NCBI GenBank assembly: GCA_965140415.1
Contig: OZ223209.1
Coordinates: 1,312,001 to 1,376,000 of the forward strand
Length of the DNA: 64,000 nucleotides
Origin: Myxococcota bacterium
Lineage (GTDB): Bacteria > Myxococcota_A > SURF-8
Direction: 5' to 3'
This document shows, piece by piece, positions 54,822-64,000 of the stretch. Numbering within the stretch: position 1 is the first letter of the stretch; each line of letters opens with the position of its first letter. Both the position numbers and the translations under genes were made by a program. A model generated the notes under the pieces. The model did not search any database and had not been told where the DNA came from. It worked only from the letters and a program-made list of their open reading frames with translations.

Positions 54822-56954
54822 ATGGATGGCTTTTTCAATAGTGAGTCGATTGTGGTTGTCGGGGTTTCCTCGTCGCCTACCAATCTTGCCAAGCGAATTC
54901 TGTTCAATCTCCAGCGTTTCCGCTACGAGGGGAACGTCTATGCCGTCGGTCCGCGAGAAGAGGAAGTCGAAGGCTACCCGGTCGTTCGCTCGATTCTGGA
55001 TATCGAAGAAGAGATCGACCTGGCGGTGCTGCTGGTTCCGGCCAGCAATATTCCCGAAGTGGTTGAAGACTGCGGAAAGAAAGGCATCAAGCGCCTGATC
55101 ATCGAATCCGGTGGTTTTCGGGAATTTGCCGGAGATGCCTCCGAGCACGAACGCCGCATGCTGGAAATCTGCCGTAAATACGGAATCCGTTTTATCGGTC
55201 CGAACTGCATCGGCGTGATCCATCGTGACAACGGGCTGTGTACCGCCTTTTCCAGCTTTGTGACCCCGTTTAAAAGGGGTGGAATTTCCGTGTTGTCCCA
55301 GTCGGGTGGCGTCGGAATTTCTTATATCGGCGATCTGACCAGCGAAAACGTGGGAATCAACAAGTTCGTCAGCTACGGCAACGGCCTGGATATCGACGAA
55401 GTGGAAGTCATCGAGTACCTGGGGCAGGATGAGAAAACCAGTTTGATTTCCTGTTACCTGGAGGGTATCTCCAATGGTCGGGAGTTCATGCGGGTGGTGT
55501 CGCGACTGGATAAGCCGGTGGTGGTGCTTAAAAGCAACACCCAGCAGATCGCGCATCGTATCGCGACGTCGCATACTGCGGCTGTGGCCGGGGATGAAAC
55601 GGTTATGGACGCCGCCTTCCGGCAGGTGGGCGTGTTGCGGGTAGATAACACCCTGGTATGGACGAACGTTACCAAGGCGTTGACTCTGCCATTGATGCGA
55701 GGCAACCGGATCGCGATCTTGTCACATTCGGGTGGGCATTCGGTCCTGGCGGCGGATGCTGCGGCCAAATGCGGCTTCGAATTGCCACGCTTCCCCGCCA
55801 GTTTCTTCGAAGCCTGCGAACAGTATTTCAGGCAATCGGTGGCGCGCCTGCAAAATCCCTTGGATCTGGGGCAGATTCTATACGACACCGTGTTGTCTCA
55901 CATTCTAGAGGAAACCCTGAAACTCGATGAGTTCGATGGCGTGGTGCTTTTCCATAGCTACGATGCCGAACAGGACAGCGACGAAACGCGCTCGTTCATT
56001 TCGCAGATCCGCCCCCTGATGGAGCGCTATGGCAAACCGGTGCTGGCGGTATTGTCCACCCAGCGCGACGAGCGCCAGTATATTCGCGAAAACTATCAGC
56101 TTCCACTGTTCCGCTCTCCCTATCACGCGGTTCAGGCTTTGGCATACAGCCGCGATGCCTTCCGTGTATCGCAGCAAAGACGCCCCTTCGACCGGGTTCC
56201 GATTCCCAAAGGTGGAGAGAAGGCACGGACTTACCTGACCGAAGCTGTTATACACGGGCGACATCCGCGCTGGGAAGAGGGCTTACAAATGATGGAAGCC
56301 TACGGCTTCCCGATTGCACCCTTTAAAGTTGTACATTCCAGGGAGCAGGCGTTACAGGCCGCCGACGAAATCGGCTATCCCGTGGCCATCAAGATCATTC
56401 ATCCCGATGCCCCGAAAAAGACGGCAGTTGGTGGCGTCGAATTGAATCTGAAAAACGAATACGGCATTGTGACCGGTTGGGACGAAGTCGCTCATGCCGC
56501 CAAGCACGCCAATTTGTGCGACGACATGAATTGCGCCATCGTCCAGCGCATGGCCGATACCGGCTGGGAATTGTTCGTCGGCGCCAAGCGAGATCCGATT
56601 TTCGGACCTGTCGTGATGGCGGGCAGCGGCGGCGTCCTGGCGGAAGTCGTCGAGGATCTGGCGGTGCGTGTTGCGCCTCTTTCGGAAGAAGATGTGCTGG
56701 ATATGCTTTCCGAAACCAAGGCGGCAAGGCTCCTGGAAGGTTTTGCCGGATCGGGTAAAGCCGATACCAAGGCCCTGGTGAATCTGATCATGACGGTGTC
56801 TCAATTGCTGATCGATCTCGATGAGGTTGAAGAGTTGCGCCTGAATCCGGTGGTCGTGCATCCACGCCATCAGGGAATCACGCTGGTCGATACGCGCATC
56901 GTTTTCCGAGAAGATTACCTGGAACAGCAGCGGCAAAAGGCGGAACAGTCGTGA
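54822..56954 (+). CDS. ADP-forming acyl-CoA synthetase (acetate--CoA ligase family, fused alpha/beta)
   Basis: IGPNCIG, SQSGG, SYGN, SHT phospho-His, NPLDL, ATP-grasp IGYPVAIK and FGPVVM. Confidence 0.92.
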   Translation: MDGFFNSESIVVVGVSSSPTNLAKRILFNLQRFRYEGNVYAVGPREEEVEGYPVVRSILDIEEEIDLAVLLVPASNIPEVVEDCGKKGIKRLIIESGGFREFAGDASEHERRMLEICRKYGIRFIGPNCIGVIHRDNGLCTAFSSFVTPFKRGGISVLSQSGGVGISYIGDLTSENVGINKFVSYGNGLDIDEVEVIEYLGQDEKTSLISCYLEGISNGREFMRVVSRLDKPVVVLKSNTQQIAHRIATSHTAAVAGDETVMDAAFRQVGVLRVDNTLVWTNVTKALTLPLMRGNRIAILSHSGGHSVLAADAAAKCGFELPRFPASFFEACEQYFRQSVARLQNPLDLGQILYDTVLSHILEETLKLDEFDGVVLFHSYDAEQDSDETRSFISQIRPLMERYGKPVLAVLSTQRDERQYIRENYQLPLFRSPYHAVQALAYSRDAFRVSQQRRPFDRVPIPKGGEKARTYLTEAVIHGRHPRWEEGLQMMEAYGFPIAPFKVVHSREQALQAADEIGYPVAIKIIHPDAPKKTAVGGVELNLKNEYGIVTGWDEVAHAAKHANLCDDMNCAIVQRMADTGWELFVGAKRDPIFGPVVMAGSGGVLAEVVEDLAVRVAPLSEEDVLDMLSETKAARLLEGFAGSGKADTKALVNLIMTVSQLLIDLDEVEELRLNPVVVHPRHQGITLVDTRIVFREDYLEQQRQKAEQS

Positions 56955-57835
56955 ACAAGCGGATTCTGTTGCGTATTGTACGAAGTACATTGTTGATATT
57001 ACTGATACTTTCGTTCGCAGTACCGGTCGTGTTCTTTTACAAGCTGGCAATCGACATGCATAGCCCGGTCGAGTCGCCGGAACAGTATCTTGGTTGCCGA
57101 GTCACCCCATTTTCTGTAAAAACCCAGGATGAAGTAGAAATCAGTGGCTGGTTCTTACCCGGCAAGCCGGGGCAGGCGGCGGTGGTGCTGTTGCATGGTA
57201 TCGGTGCCAGTCGCTTGCAGATGCTCGAACAGGCGAAGTTCCTGAATCATCATAAATATCCAGTAGTTCTCTTCGATTTCCGAAATCACGGCATTTCCGG
57301 CGGCAGGCGCACCACCTACGGCGCGCGCGAGCAACTGGATGTCGCGGCGGTGGTCGAGAAAACCCGGGAACTGGCTCCCAGTGCCAAGGTTGTATTATGG
57401 GGGCTTTCCATGGGAGCATCTACGGCGCTTTTAGCGGCTAAAGGAGTCGAGGCGGACGGTGTAATCGCCGAAAGTCCGTTCGATTCGTTAGATGGCACCT
57501 TTACTCATCATGCCTGGCTTTATTTCAGGCTTCCACGTCTTCCCGTGGTCCCCTGGACGTTGGCGCTGATCGGCTGGGATGCGGATTTCGACCCGGATCT
57601 GGTCTCACCCATCGAAGCGGTAAAAGCCTCCGGCGCGATTCCGATGCTGTTTGTCACCAGCAGTGAAGACGAGCGCATGACGCCTGCTCTGGTGCGCCAC
57701 ATCGCCAAAGCGCATCCGGGACCGACCCGCCTTTTTCCCGGTAAAGGCGAGCATGCTCTGATTTTCCATGCAACCGGATCACCGTATAAGCAGGAAGTTT
57801 TGCAATTCCTGCAACAGGTCGATTCCCAGAAATAA
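56951..57835 (+). CDS. Membrane-anchored alpha/beta hydrolase
   Basis: LHG, DFRNHG.S, GLSMG nucleophile motif, late Asp and His. Confidence 0.9.
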   Translation: MNKRILLRIVRSTLLILLILSFAVPVVFFYKLAIDMHSPVESPEQYLGCRVTPFSVKTQDEVEISGWFLPGKPGQAAVVLLHGIGASRLQMLEQAKFLNHHKYPVVLFDFRNHGISGGRRTTYGAREQLDVAAVVEKTRELAPSAKVVLWGLSMGASTALLAAKGVEADGVIAESPFDSLDGTFTHHAWLYFRLPRLPVVPWTLALIGWDADFDPDLVSPIEAVKASGAIPMLFVTSSEDERMTPALVRHIAKAHPGPTRLFPGKGEHALIFHATGSPYKQEVLQFLQQVDSQK

Positions 57836-58306
57836 CTGCTCCAGAATGCTTCTTGCGAGCATCGAATTTCTTTCCCCTCGAAAAAAAATACGGAACTTTT
57901 TTTTATTGGAGGATGTTTTCCTATCAATTTTGTGTACGAATCTCATTTTTTTAGAAAAAGCGGCAAAATTTCAAAAAGACTGTCTAACAGTCGTATTCTA
58001 CGAACATGTGGTAGGATTTCATGATTGGCATACAATATCTGGTGTTAGCAAATGCGACAATACATATCGCAATAGGAGACGGTTTTTAAAAAAATAAAAA
58101 AAAGCGTGAAATTGTGAAGGTTTTCCTTGCATTTTGTTTCAGCCATCGTTATCATCCGAGCAGTTACATGGTAAAGGGTCAAGGCTTTGAATACCGGTTA
58201 CGTTAGATTCTGCAAATCACGAATATTTCCCACCGACATTTACTGCTCCTTGCCTGTCCGGGAATGGTCCCGGAACCAAAATTAAGATTCTGAAAGGATA
58301 CGTAGC

Positions 58307-58594
58307 ATGAAGAACAAACTTTACGTTGGTGGCTTGGCTTGGGCGACGGACAATGCAGGGCTGGAAAATGCCTTCTCGTCCTATGGTGACATCGATGAAG
58401 CAAAAGTCATCACGGACCGCGAGACGGGTCGTAGCCGTGGTTTCGGTTTCGTCACGTTCGCCAGTGAAGATGCCGCACAGGCCGCTTTGGCGATGGATGG
58501 CACCGAGCTGGACGGACGCACCGTACGCGTCAACTTCGCCGAAGACAAACCGCGCCGCACGGGTGGTGGCGGTGGTGGCGGTCGCCGCTGGTAA
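58307..58594 (+). CDS. RRM RNA-binding protein with Gly-rich tail
   Basis: RNP2 LYVGGL and RNP1 RGFGFVTF. Confidence 0.96.
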   Translation: MKNKLYVGGLAWATDNAGLENAFSSYGDIDEAKVITDRETGRSRGFGFVTFASEDAAQAALAMDGTELDGRTVRVNFAEDKPRRTGGGGGGGRRW

Positions 58595-58668
58595 GCGACG
58601 ACCCCTTGTTCGATTCTTTTCCTGACGGGGATAAGCCCTCGAGGAAAAGATCGAATCCCCTAGTAAGC

Positions 58669-58704
58669 AAAAGCATGGAAAGCATCTGTTTTCCATGCTT
58701 TTTT
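58669..58704 (+). terminator. Rho-independent terminator
   Basis: AAAAGCATGGAAA/TTTCCATGCTTTT followed by a T-run. Confidence 0.75.
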
Positions 58705-58907
58705 CGTTTTATGCCTATCTCCTTTTTGGGGGTATCATTAGCTGGGTGCCCGGGTCTTCGATTCGTTACGAATCGATGGCCCGGAATTGTCGTATTTACA
58801 CGGCCATTCCTTAGTTAGGTTGTCCAAAGAGTTTTTCCCGAAACTGTGGAGTTTACCAGGGGATTATGGTATTCTAGCGCGGCATACACACCAGGGAGGA
58901 GCGTACG

Positions 58908-59636
58908 ATGAAAGGGGTAATTCTTGCAGGCGGACTGGGCACCCGGTTGCATCCGTTGACGAAAATCACCAACAAGCATCTGTTGCCTGTATATGACAAG
59001 CCGATGATCCACTATCCGATCCAGGCGCTCATCAACGCCGGAATTCAGGATATCCTCATCGTGACCGGTGGCAAACATGCCGGAGATTTCTTGGAATTAT
59101 TGGGAAACGGACAGGAATTCGGTCTGAAGGATATCAATTATACCTACCAGGAAGGTGAGGGCGGTATTGCCGATGCTCTGCGGCTGGCAGAACATTTCGC
59201 CGAGCGCGAGTTGATCTGTGTCATTCTGGGCGACAATCTGATCGAAGGTAACGTCAAGCAGGCGGCGGCCCGGTTTCGTCAGCAGGGTGATGGAGCCAAG
59301 ATTCTGCTCAAGCAGGTTCCCGACCCGGAACGCTTTGGTGTGCCGCGCATTGAAAATGATCGAATCGTAGAGATTATCGAGAAACCGAAGGAGCCGCCTT
59401 CAGAGTATGCCGTAACCGGTATCTACTTCTACGATCATACGGTCTTCGATTTTATCCGTACGTTAAAGCCTTCCCAGCGGGGCGAACTGGAAATTACCGA
59501 CGTCAACAACATGTACCTGGGGCGTGGCGCGTTGACCTACGAAATTCTCGACGGCTGGTGGACGGACGCCGGTACGTTCCCTTCGTTATTGAGAGCCAGC
59601 AATCTTGTGGCGGAAACCGGCGCAAACAAGCTGTAA
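58908..59636 (+). CDS. rmlA: Glucose-1-phosphate thymidylyltransferase (short RmlA/SpsI type)
   Basis: GVILAGGLGTRLHPLT, KHLLPVYDKPMI, RGELEITD, WTDAGT. Confidence 0.88.
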   Translation: MKGVILAGGLGTRLHPLTKITNKHLLPVYDKPMIHYPIQALINAGIQDILIVTGGKHAGDFLELLGNGQEFGLKDINYTYQEGEGGIADALRLAEHFAERELICVILGDNLIEGNVKQAAARFRQQGDGAKILLKQVPDPERFGVPRIENDRIVEIIEKPKEPPSEYAVTGIYFYDHTVFDFIRTLKPSQRGELEITDVNNMYLGRGALTYEILDGWWTDAGTFPSLLRASNLVAETGANKL

Positions 59637-59652
59637 TTGGAAAGGATCAATC

Positions 59653-60144
59653 ATGGAGCGCATAGCAGGCAGCGCGGTTAAATCGCTGCGCGTAATTCCC
59701 GATGAACGCGGACGCTTGATGGAAATCCTACGCAACGACGACGATCTTTTCGAGCAATTCGGCCAGGTGTACATGACCACGGTCAGTCCGGGAGTCGTCA
59801 AGGGCTGGCATTATCACAAGATTCAAAGCGACCATTTCGCCGTGGTGCGCGGTATGCTCAAACTCGCCCTTTACGATGTGCGCGACCCGAAACTGGGATT
59901 TGGATACGAGGGGCCGGTCTCGGAAACGGCAGGTATGGTGAACGAGTATTTTCTCGGCGAGCACAATCCCATTCTGGTTAAAATCCCTCCCTTCGTGTTG
60001 CATGGCTTTAAAGGAATCAGCACACAAGAAACCATCGTGATCAATATCCCGACCGAAGTATATCGCTACGATCAACCCGACGAGCATCGGGTTGAGCCGC
60101 ACAGCGAGCGCGTACCCTACGATTGGGCGCTGAAAGAAATGTAA
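59653..60144 (+). CDS. rmlC: dTDP-4-dehydrorhamnose 3,5-epimerase family protein
   Basis: DERG, VVKGWHYH, IPPFVLHGF. Confidence 0.82.
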   Translation: MERIAGSAVKSLRVIPDERGRLMEILRNDDDLFEQFGQVYMTTVSPGVVKGWHYHKIQSDHFAVVRGMLKLALYDVRDPKLGFGYEGPVSETAGMVNEYFLGEHNPILVKIPPFVLHGFKGISTQETIVINIPTEVYRYDQPDEHRVEPHSERVPYDWALKEM

Positions 60145-60170
60145 GACTTTTGGATTCGGAGAAAACCGCT

Positions 60171-61415
60171 TCAGAGTGTGTTTGTTTCCGAGAGGATCTT
60201 TTCGTAAAGTTCCAGGTGATGCGCCAGAAAGTGCGGCAGGGTAAAGCGTTCTTCGATACGCTTTCTGGCGTTGGTGCGCCACTGTATCCGCAACTCTTCG
60301 TTTTCAAGTGCATCGCATAACGCTTCTGCCAATACAGAGCGGTCGCCGGTCGGTACCAGCTTTCCTGCCTCGGCCTCTCCCAGAATTTCGGGAACGCCGC
60401 CCGTGGCATAGCCGACGATGGGAACGCCGCAGGCCATGGCTTCCGCCGTGATCAGCGAAAAGGTTTCCGCCAATGGTGTGTTCAGCAGGACATCCGCACA
60501 ACAGAACCACTCGGCGAGTTGTTCGGGTGATTTGATCAGCCCTGCGTGATGGTGAGGGATTCCATCGAGAGCGTTTTCCGGCAGGGATTCGGTTCGGCCT
60601 ACCGTAAGAACGAACATGCGTTTCTCTTTCAGTCGATGTAAAACCTCCAAAGAATCCTGCACGCCTTTATAGGGAATCGTCAAATCCGCTGCGGTCATCA
60701 GCACGATGGGAAGATCCGATGGAAGACCGAGTTTCCGCTTGAGTTCGGATTTGTCCCGCAGTTGGAAGCATTCTGCGTCGATTCCATTTGGGAGCAATGC
60801 GGGAGGAACCTGGCAGAGTCCTGAATCCATGGCGCGCGCCTGCATCCATTCCGATGGAGCCGCTGCATGGATGTTGGGATGAGAAAGCACACGGCGTTTC
60901 ATGTCCTGCATGGCGCCGGTGCGGTCGATGTCGGTTGTCAATGGCCAGCGGCCCAGTTGTGGGCAATCACCGCAGCGCGTTTTGTAGCGCTCGCAGTCCA
61001 GTGGATACAGGCAGCCCCCGGTAAAAGGAGAGGTGTCGTGGAAGGTCCAGACAACCGGTTTTTCTCGTGCGACCAATTTCAGTGTAATCGGTGAAATCGC
61101 CGAAGATAGGTCGTGGAAGTGAACGAGGTCGCATTCCCTGAAAGCGGGGTTGCCAATCAAGCTCAAATATTCCAACGGCAGCAGATCTGGCCAACCCAGA
61201 AAGCGGGTGGCACGGCTTAATACCCGGACCGGAAAGGATGCGACTGGCGGAATCAGCGGTTTCGTCCATGGATGACGATGCTGGCCATAGCGGAACCAAT
61301 GATGAACACCGTGTCCCTGCTCGTGCAGCAGCCGTGCAAGCGTTTCCGCCATGGCTCCTGCTCCGCCGCCTGAACGATCCGATTTGCTTACGATGGCGAT
61401 AGTGAGTTTGCGCAT
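60171..61415 (-). CDS. Glycosyltransferase family 4 (WcaC-like)
   Basis: VWTFHD..PFTGGC, CGDCPQL, E.F....AEAMACGVP. Confidence 0.92.
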   Translation of the reverse strand: MRKLTIAIVSKSDRSGGGAGAMAETLARLLHEQGHGVHHWFRYGQHRHPWTKPLIPPVASFPVRVLSRATRFLGWPDLLPLEYLSLIGNPAFRECDLVHFHDLSSAISPITLKLVAREKPVVWTFHDTSPFTGGCLYPLDCERYKTRCGDCPQLGRWPLTTDIDRTGAMQDMKRRVLSHPNIHAAAPSEWMQARAMDSGLCQVPPALLPNGIDAECFQLRDKSELKRKLGLPSDLPIVLMTAADLTIPYKGVQDSLEVLHRLKEKRMFVLTVGRTESLPENALDGIPHHHAGLIKSPEQLAEWFCCADVLLNTPLAETFSLITAEAMACGVPIVGYATGGVPEILGEAEAGKLVPTGDRSVLAEALCDALENEELRIQWRTNARKRIEERFTLPHFLAHHLELYEKILSETNTL

Positions 61416-61418
61416 GAT

Positions 61419-63791
61419 CTATTTGCGTTTGTCGAAGAAAGAGAGACCATCGAAATAAAAGTGGCGATGGTTTCGCCCGACAAGGACGTTGGCTGCCAGT
61501 CTGGCGCTTTCGAGTGCGCGCCAGTCCGAAACGGACAAGGGTAGCGAAAGCGCATCCAGGCTTTGCAATGGTTCATTGCGTTCGTATTGCTCGCAGAGTT
61601 TTATGTGCCGCGTTTCAAGCCGTTTTAACAATGCCTGGCTCCAGCCATCCACTTCGAACTCTTTTGCCACAGAAGAATTCTGTAGCACCACATCGTGCCT
61701 TTCCTGTTCCATAGCGGCGCTATCACTGTTCTGCAATAGTCGTAGCGAACTTCCAAGCGAGTAGGCATAGCCCAAAAGTGGCAACTCGTAGGTGGCCAAT
61801 ACGCCGCGTCCCCAGGAGGCGTTGCGGTAGCCACGCTGCAACAGGTCTGTCAGTCGTTTTGTAAGCGGTGCGCCGCGCAGACTGTGACCGATGCTGTTTG
61901 TCTGGCCTTCACCATAGCTTTCGGAAAACATCAATCGAAGCAGTCTTTCGGCTTCTTCCGCGCTGGGACGCCAGGCCATGCGCGCCAGCAGGCTGCGGGC
62001 CAATGGCAGCGTTTGCTCCGCTTTAAAATGCATAAGCGAGATAGTCGCTGCATAATGCGCTGCATAGGCCAGCACGCCGTTTTGAATTCGGAGAATGCAG
62101 GCTTCATTTTTTCGCTCTGCCAGTCGCAAGGGATCTTTTTCGTCCATCAGTTGCGGATCGCCGTTGTCGGCGAAGGATTGGACCGTGCCGTGCGGAGCAG
62201 GGCTGAAGGCTTCCAGGGCATGCAGGAAAGAGAAGGCCGAAAAACCGTAATATCCCAGGTGGCGGCGGTCGGCCAGAACGCCCGTGCACAGACTTTTCCC
62301 GCCCAGATACTGGTTCCGCTCGCCTTTGAATGCAAGGTACAATCCTTGCAGCGAGGGGAAGTCGGGCTGTTGTCCGAATAGTTCGCCCAACAGGCGTTGT
62401 GTGGTTCCGGCCCAGCCAATGTCCACTAAGCCCACGCGACCACCGGCTAAAAATCCGGTGCGTTTAAGGTATCGTTGCAGGGCGCTACGCCTTGCCGCAG
62501 CAGTCTCGAAAAGTTTCTGTTGCAAGTCCTTGTCGGTCAATAGATCAAGGAATTCCGGGGACTCCAGGTCGTCTTCCGTCAGCGGCTGGCTGGGAGACAA
62601 CTTCACTCGGCGGCAGGCATCGTCGATGACTTCCCCAGGCAGGCCATAGCGGTATAGCGCAGAGCGCAACGTGAGCGGATTGGAAGCGAGCCAGTGCGAG
62701 AAATCTTTTTTCACCAGCCGGTTGCGGGAAGCCGGAAAGACGGCTGCCCGGCTAAGCGCCAGATAGTTGGAGGCCACACAGTCCATTCCGGGCAGCGTCG
62801 GAGCGAGAATATCGTAGATGCGCTGATACAGGTACCCATCGCGCGCCATGAAATATAGCCGGTCCAATCGCTGTTCGCGGCTGATCTCGCAAACGCGATG
62901 CACGAAGGGCAGAAGCACCGGTCCCAGTTGCTCGTAGCCAAAGGCCATGTCGCGACTCATGTTGAGTCGACTATCCTGCTTTGCGGCGACGGCAACGAAA
63001 ACGCCGCTCCAGCGCTCGTTGGTCTGGCTGTGACGGTATTGGCGTTGCAGAAAGTCGCGCCGTTTTATGTCGCGTTTGTCGGACCAGATGAAGGCTCTGA
63101 TTCCCTGCCGTGCCGGAACGCGGCCATCGGAATATACGTTGTCGCCGATGTGCAACAGGTTGGCGGCTTGCAAGCCTTCCGCTTGCAGCAGACGGCGAAA
63201 GAGCTTTCCGCTCCATTTATAGGCTCTCCAGTCGCTGGAGACATATCCGGTCTCGAAGCAATTTCCATAACCGTTTTTAGTCAGCAGTCGTTCGATTGCA
63301 GAGCGTCCCAGGTACATATCGGAGGCGAATAGCAACCTGACTCCGCGTTCGGCCAGCGAGCGAACGAAGTTAAGCATGGGGGTATTGGAGAAAGACGAAT
63401 CATACTCCTGCTGAATTTCGAACTCCACGATCTGCTCGGCGAAAAGGCGGCTGCGCTCGTCGTCTGTGCCAAGGCAGCGTGCCGTCCAGACCGGAGCGAA
63501 TTCGGCCAGGGTGCAGTCGGCATCGCCGTCTGCGGGACGTTTCTGACTGGCAACCTGTTGATACGCCTGCTCTCTGGCTTCGTGAACCGAAAGCAGGGGA
63601 GGGCGTCCGGCTTGCTGGCACAACTCTTCCAACTTCCGACAGGTGCCGTCGATGATGGCTTCCGCCGGGACGCGACGATGAATCAGGGTGTCGAACACGT
63701 CGAACGAAACCGCGCGAATATCTCCCCTGCGCCTGGCGCGATCCACGTGCCTGGCGAGTGAATCCAGGTGGGTGATTTTCTGAGCCATCAT
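61419..63791 (-). CDS. HAD-superfamily hydrolase of the polysaccharide-locus type
   Basis: SFDVFDTL, SDMY, HIGDN..SD, FMARDG, VDIGWAGT.Q. Confidence 0.88.
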   Translation of the reverse strand: MMAQKITHLDSLARHVDRARRRGDIRAVSFDVFDTLIHRRVPAEAIIDGTCRKLEELCQQAGRPPLLSVHEAREQAYQQVASQKRPADGDADCTLAEFAPVWTARCLGTDDERSRLFAEQIVEFEIQQEYDSSFSNTPMLNFVRSLAERGVRLLFASDMYLGRSAIERLLTKNGYGNCFETGYVSSDWRAYKWSGKLFRRLLQAEGLQAANLLHIGDNVYSDGRVPARQGIRAFIWSDKRDIKRRDFLQRQYRHSQTNERWSGVFVAVAAKQDSRLNMSRDMAFGYEQLGPVLLPFVHRVCEISREQRLDRLYFMARDGYLYQRIYDILAPTLPGMDCVASNYLALSRAAVFPASRNRLVKKDFSHWLASNPLTLRSALYRYGLPGEVIDDACRRVKLSPSQPLTEDDLESPEFLDLLTDKDLQQKLFETAAARRSALQRYLKRTGFLAGGRVGLVDIGWAGTTQRLLGELFGQQPDFPSLQGLYLAFKGERNQYLGGKSLCTGVLADRRHLGYYGFSAFSFLHALEAFSPAPHGTVQSFADNGDPQLMDEKDPLRLAERKNEACILRIQNGVLAYAAHYAATISLMHFKAEQTLPLARSLLARMAWRPSAEEAERLLRLMFSESYGEGQTNSIGHSLRGAPLTKRLTDLLQRGYRNASWGRGVLATYELPLLGYAYSLGSSLRLLQNSDSAAMEQERHDVVLQNSSVAKEFEVDGWSQALLKRLETRHIKLCEQYERNEPLQSLDALSLPLSVSDWRALESARLAANVLVGRNHRHFYFDGLSFFDKRK

Positions 63792-63807
63792 GGCGACGCC
63801 TGTTTCG

Positions 63808-63999
63808 TTAGCTCGGGCGTTTGCCCAGTTCCTCCAGTTTCAGTTGCAGTTCCTTGTTTTGCCGTTCGATACGGTACAATTCCCGCCGATTGGTAACAAT
63901 CAGCATGGATAGCAGTCCGAATGCGATCAGTTGCATACCGCCTAAAAAGAGCAGTACCAATAAGGTCATGGCGGGACGGGTCGGGTTGAGTGCGGCCAG
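63808..63999 (-). CDS. 3' end of a membrane protein entering from beyond the window, probably a GT2/polyprenol-phosphate glycosyltransferase
   Basis: My translation: LAALNPTRPAMTLLVLLFLGGMQLIAFGLLSMLIVTNRRELYRIERQNKELQLKLEELGKRPS*. Confidence 0.55.
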   Translation of the reverse strand: MAALNPTRPAMTLLVLLFLGGMQLIAFGLLSMLIVTNRRELYRIERQNKELQLKLEELGKRPS

Positions 64000-64000
64000 T

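Overview
A GC-rich bacterial chromosome segment, most consistent with a Myxococcota/deltaproteobacterial-type organism (TIGR04551-like beta-barrel, MYXO-CTERM-like tails, myxobacterial Cys-rich repeats). Housekeeping content: comEC, an orphan PAS histidine kinase, acyl-CoA dehydrogenase, peroxiredoxin, an SDR, a Na/Pi cotransporter, pepT, an ArsR regulator, a Pil-Chp-like chemosensory operon, a partial nuoABCD-HI operon, an ABC-2 exporter, an ADP-forming acyl-CoA ligase, an RRM protein, rmlA/rmlC-like genes and glycosyltransferases. The most notable content is the cell-surface set. (1) A 5'-truncated protein has the architecture of a Tc-toxin TcA C-terminus, with a helical hairpin that looks disulfide-stapled. 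It is followed by a Cys-rich lectin-like lipoprotein instead of tcB/tcC. (2) Five otherwise unrelated exported proteins each carry an Asp-Gly-Asp (DGD) repeat tract next to their anchoring Cys, whether that Cys is an N-terminal lipobox or a C-terminal MYXO-CTERM-like tail. A TIGR04551-like barrel lies in the same window. No rRNA, tRNA, CRISPR array, integrase or transposase was recognised. All family calls come from reading motifs by eye, not from database searches.
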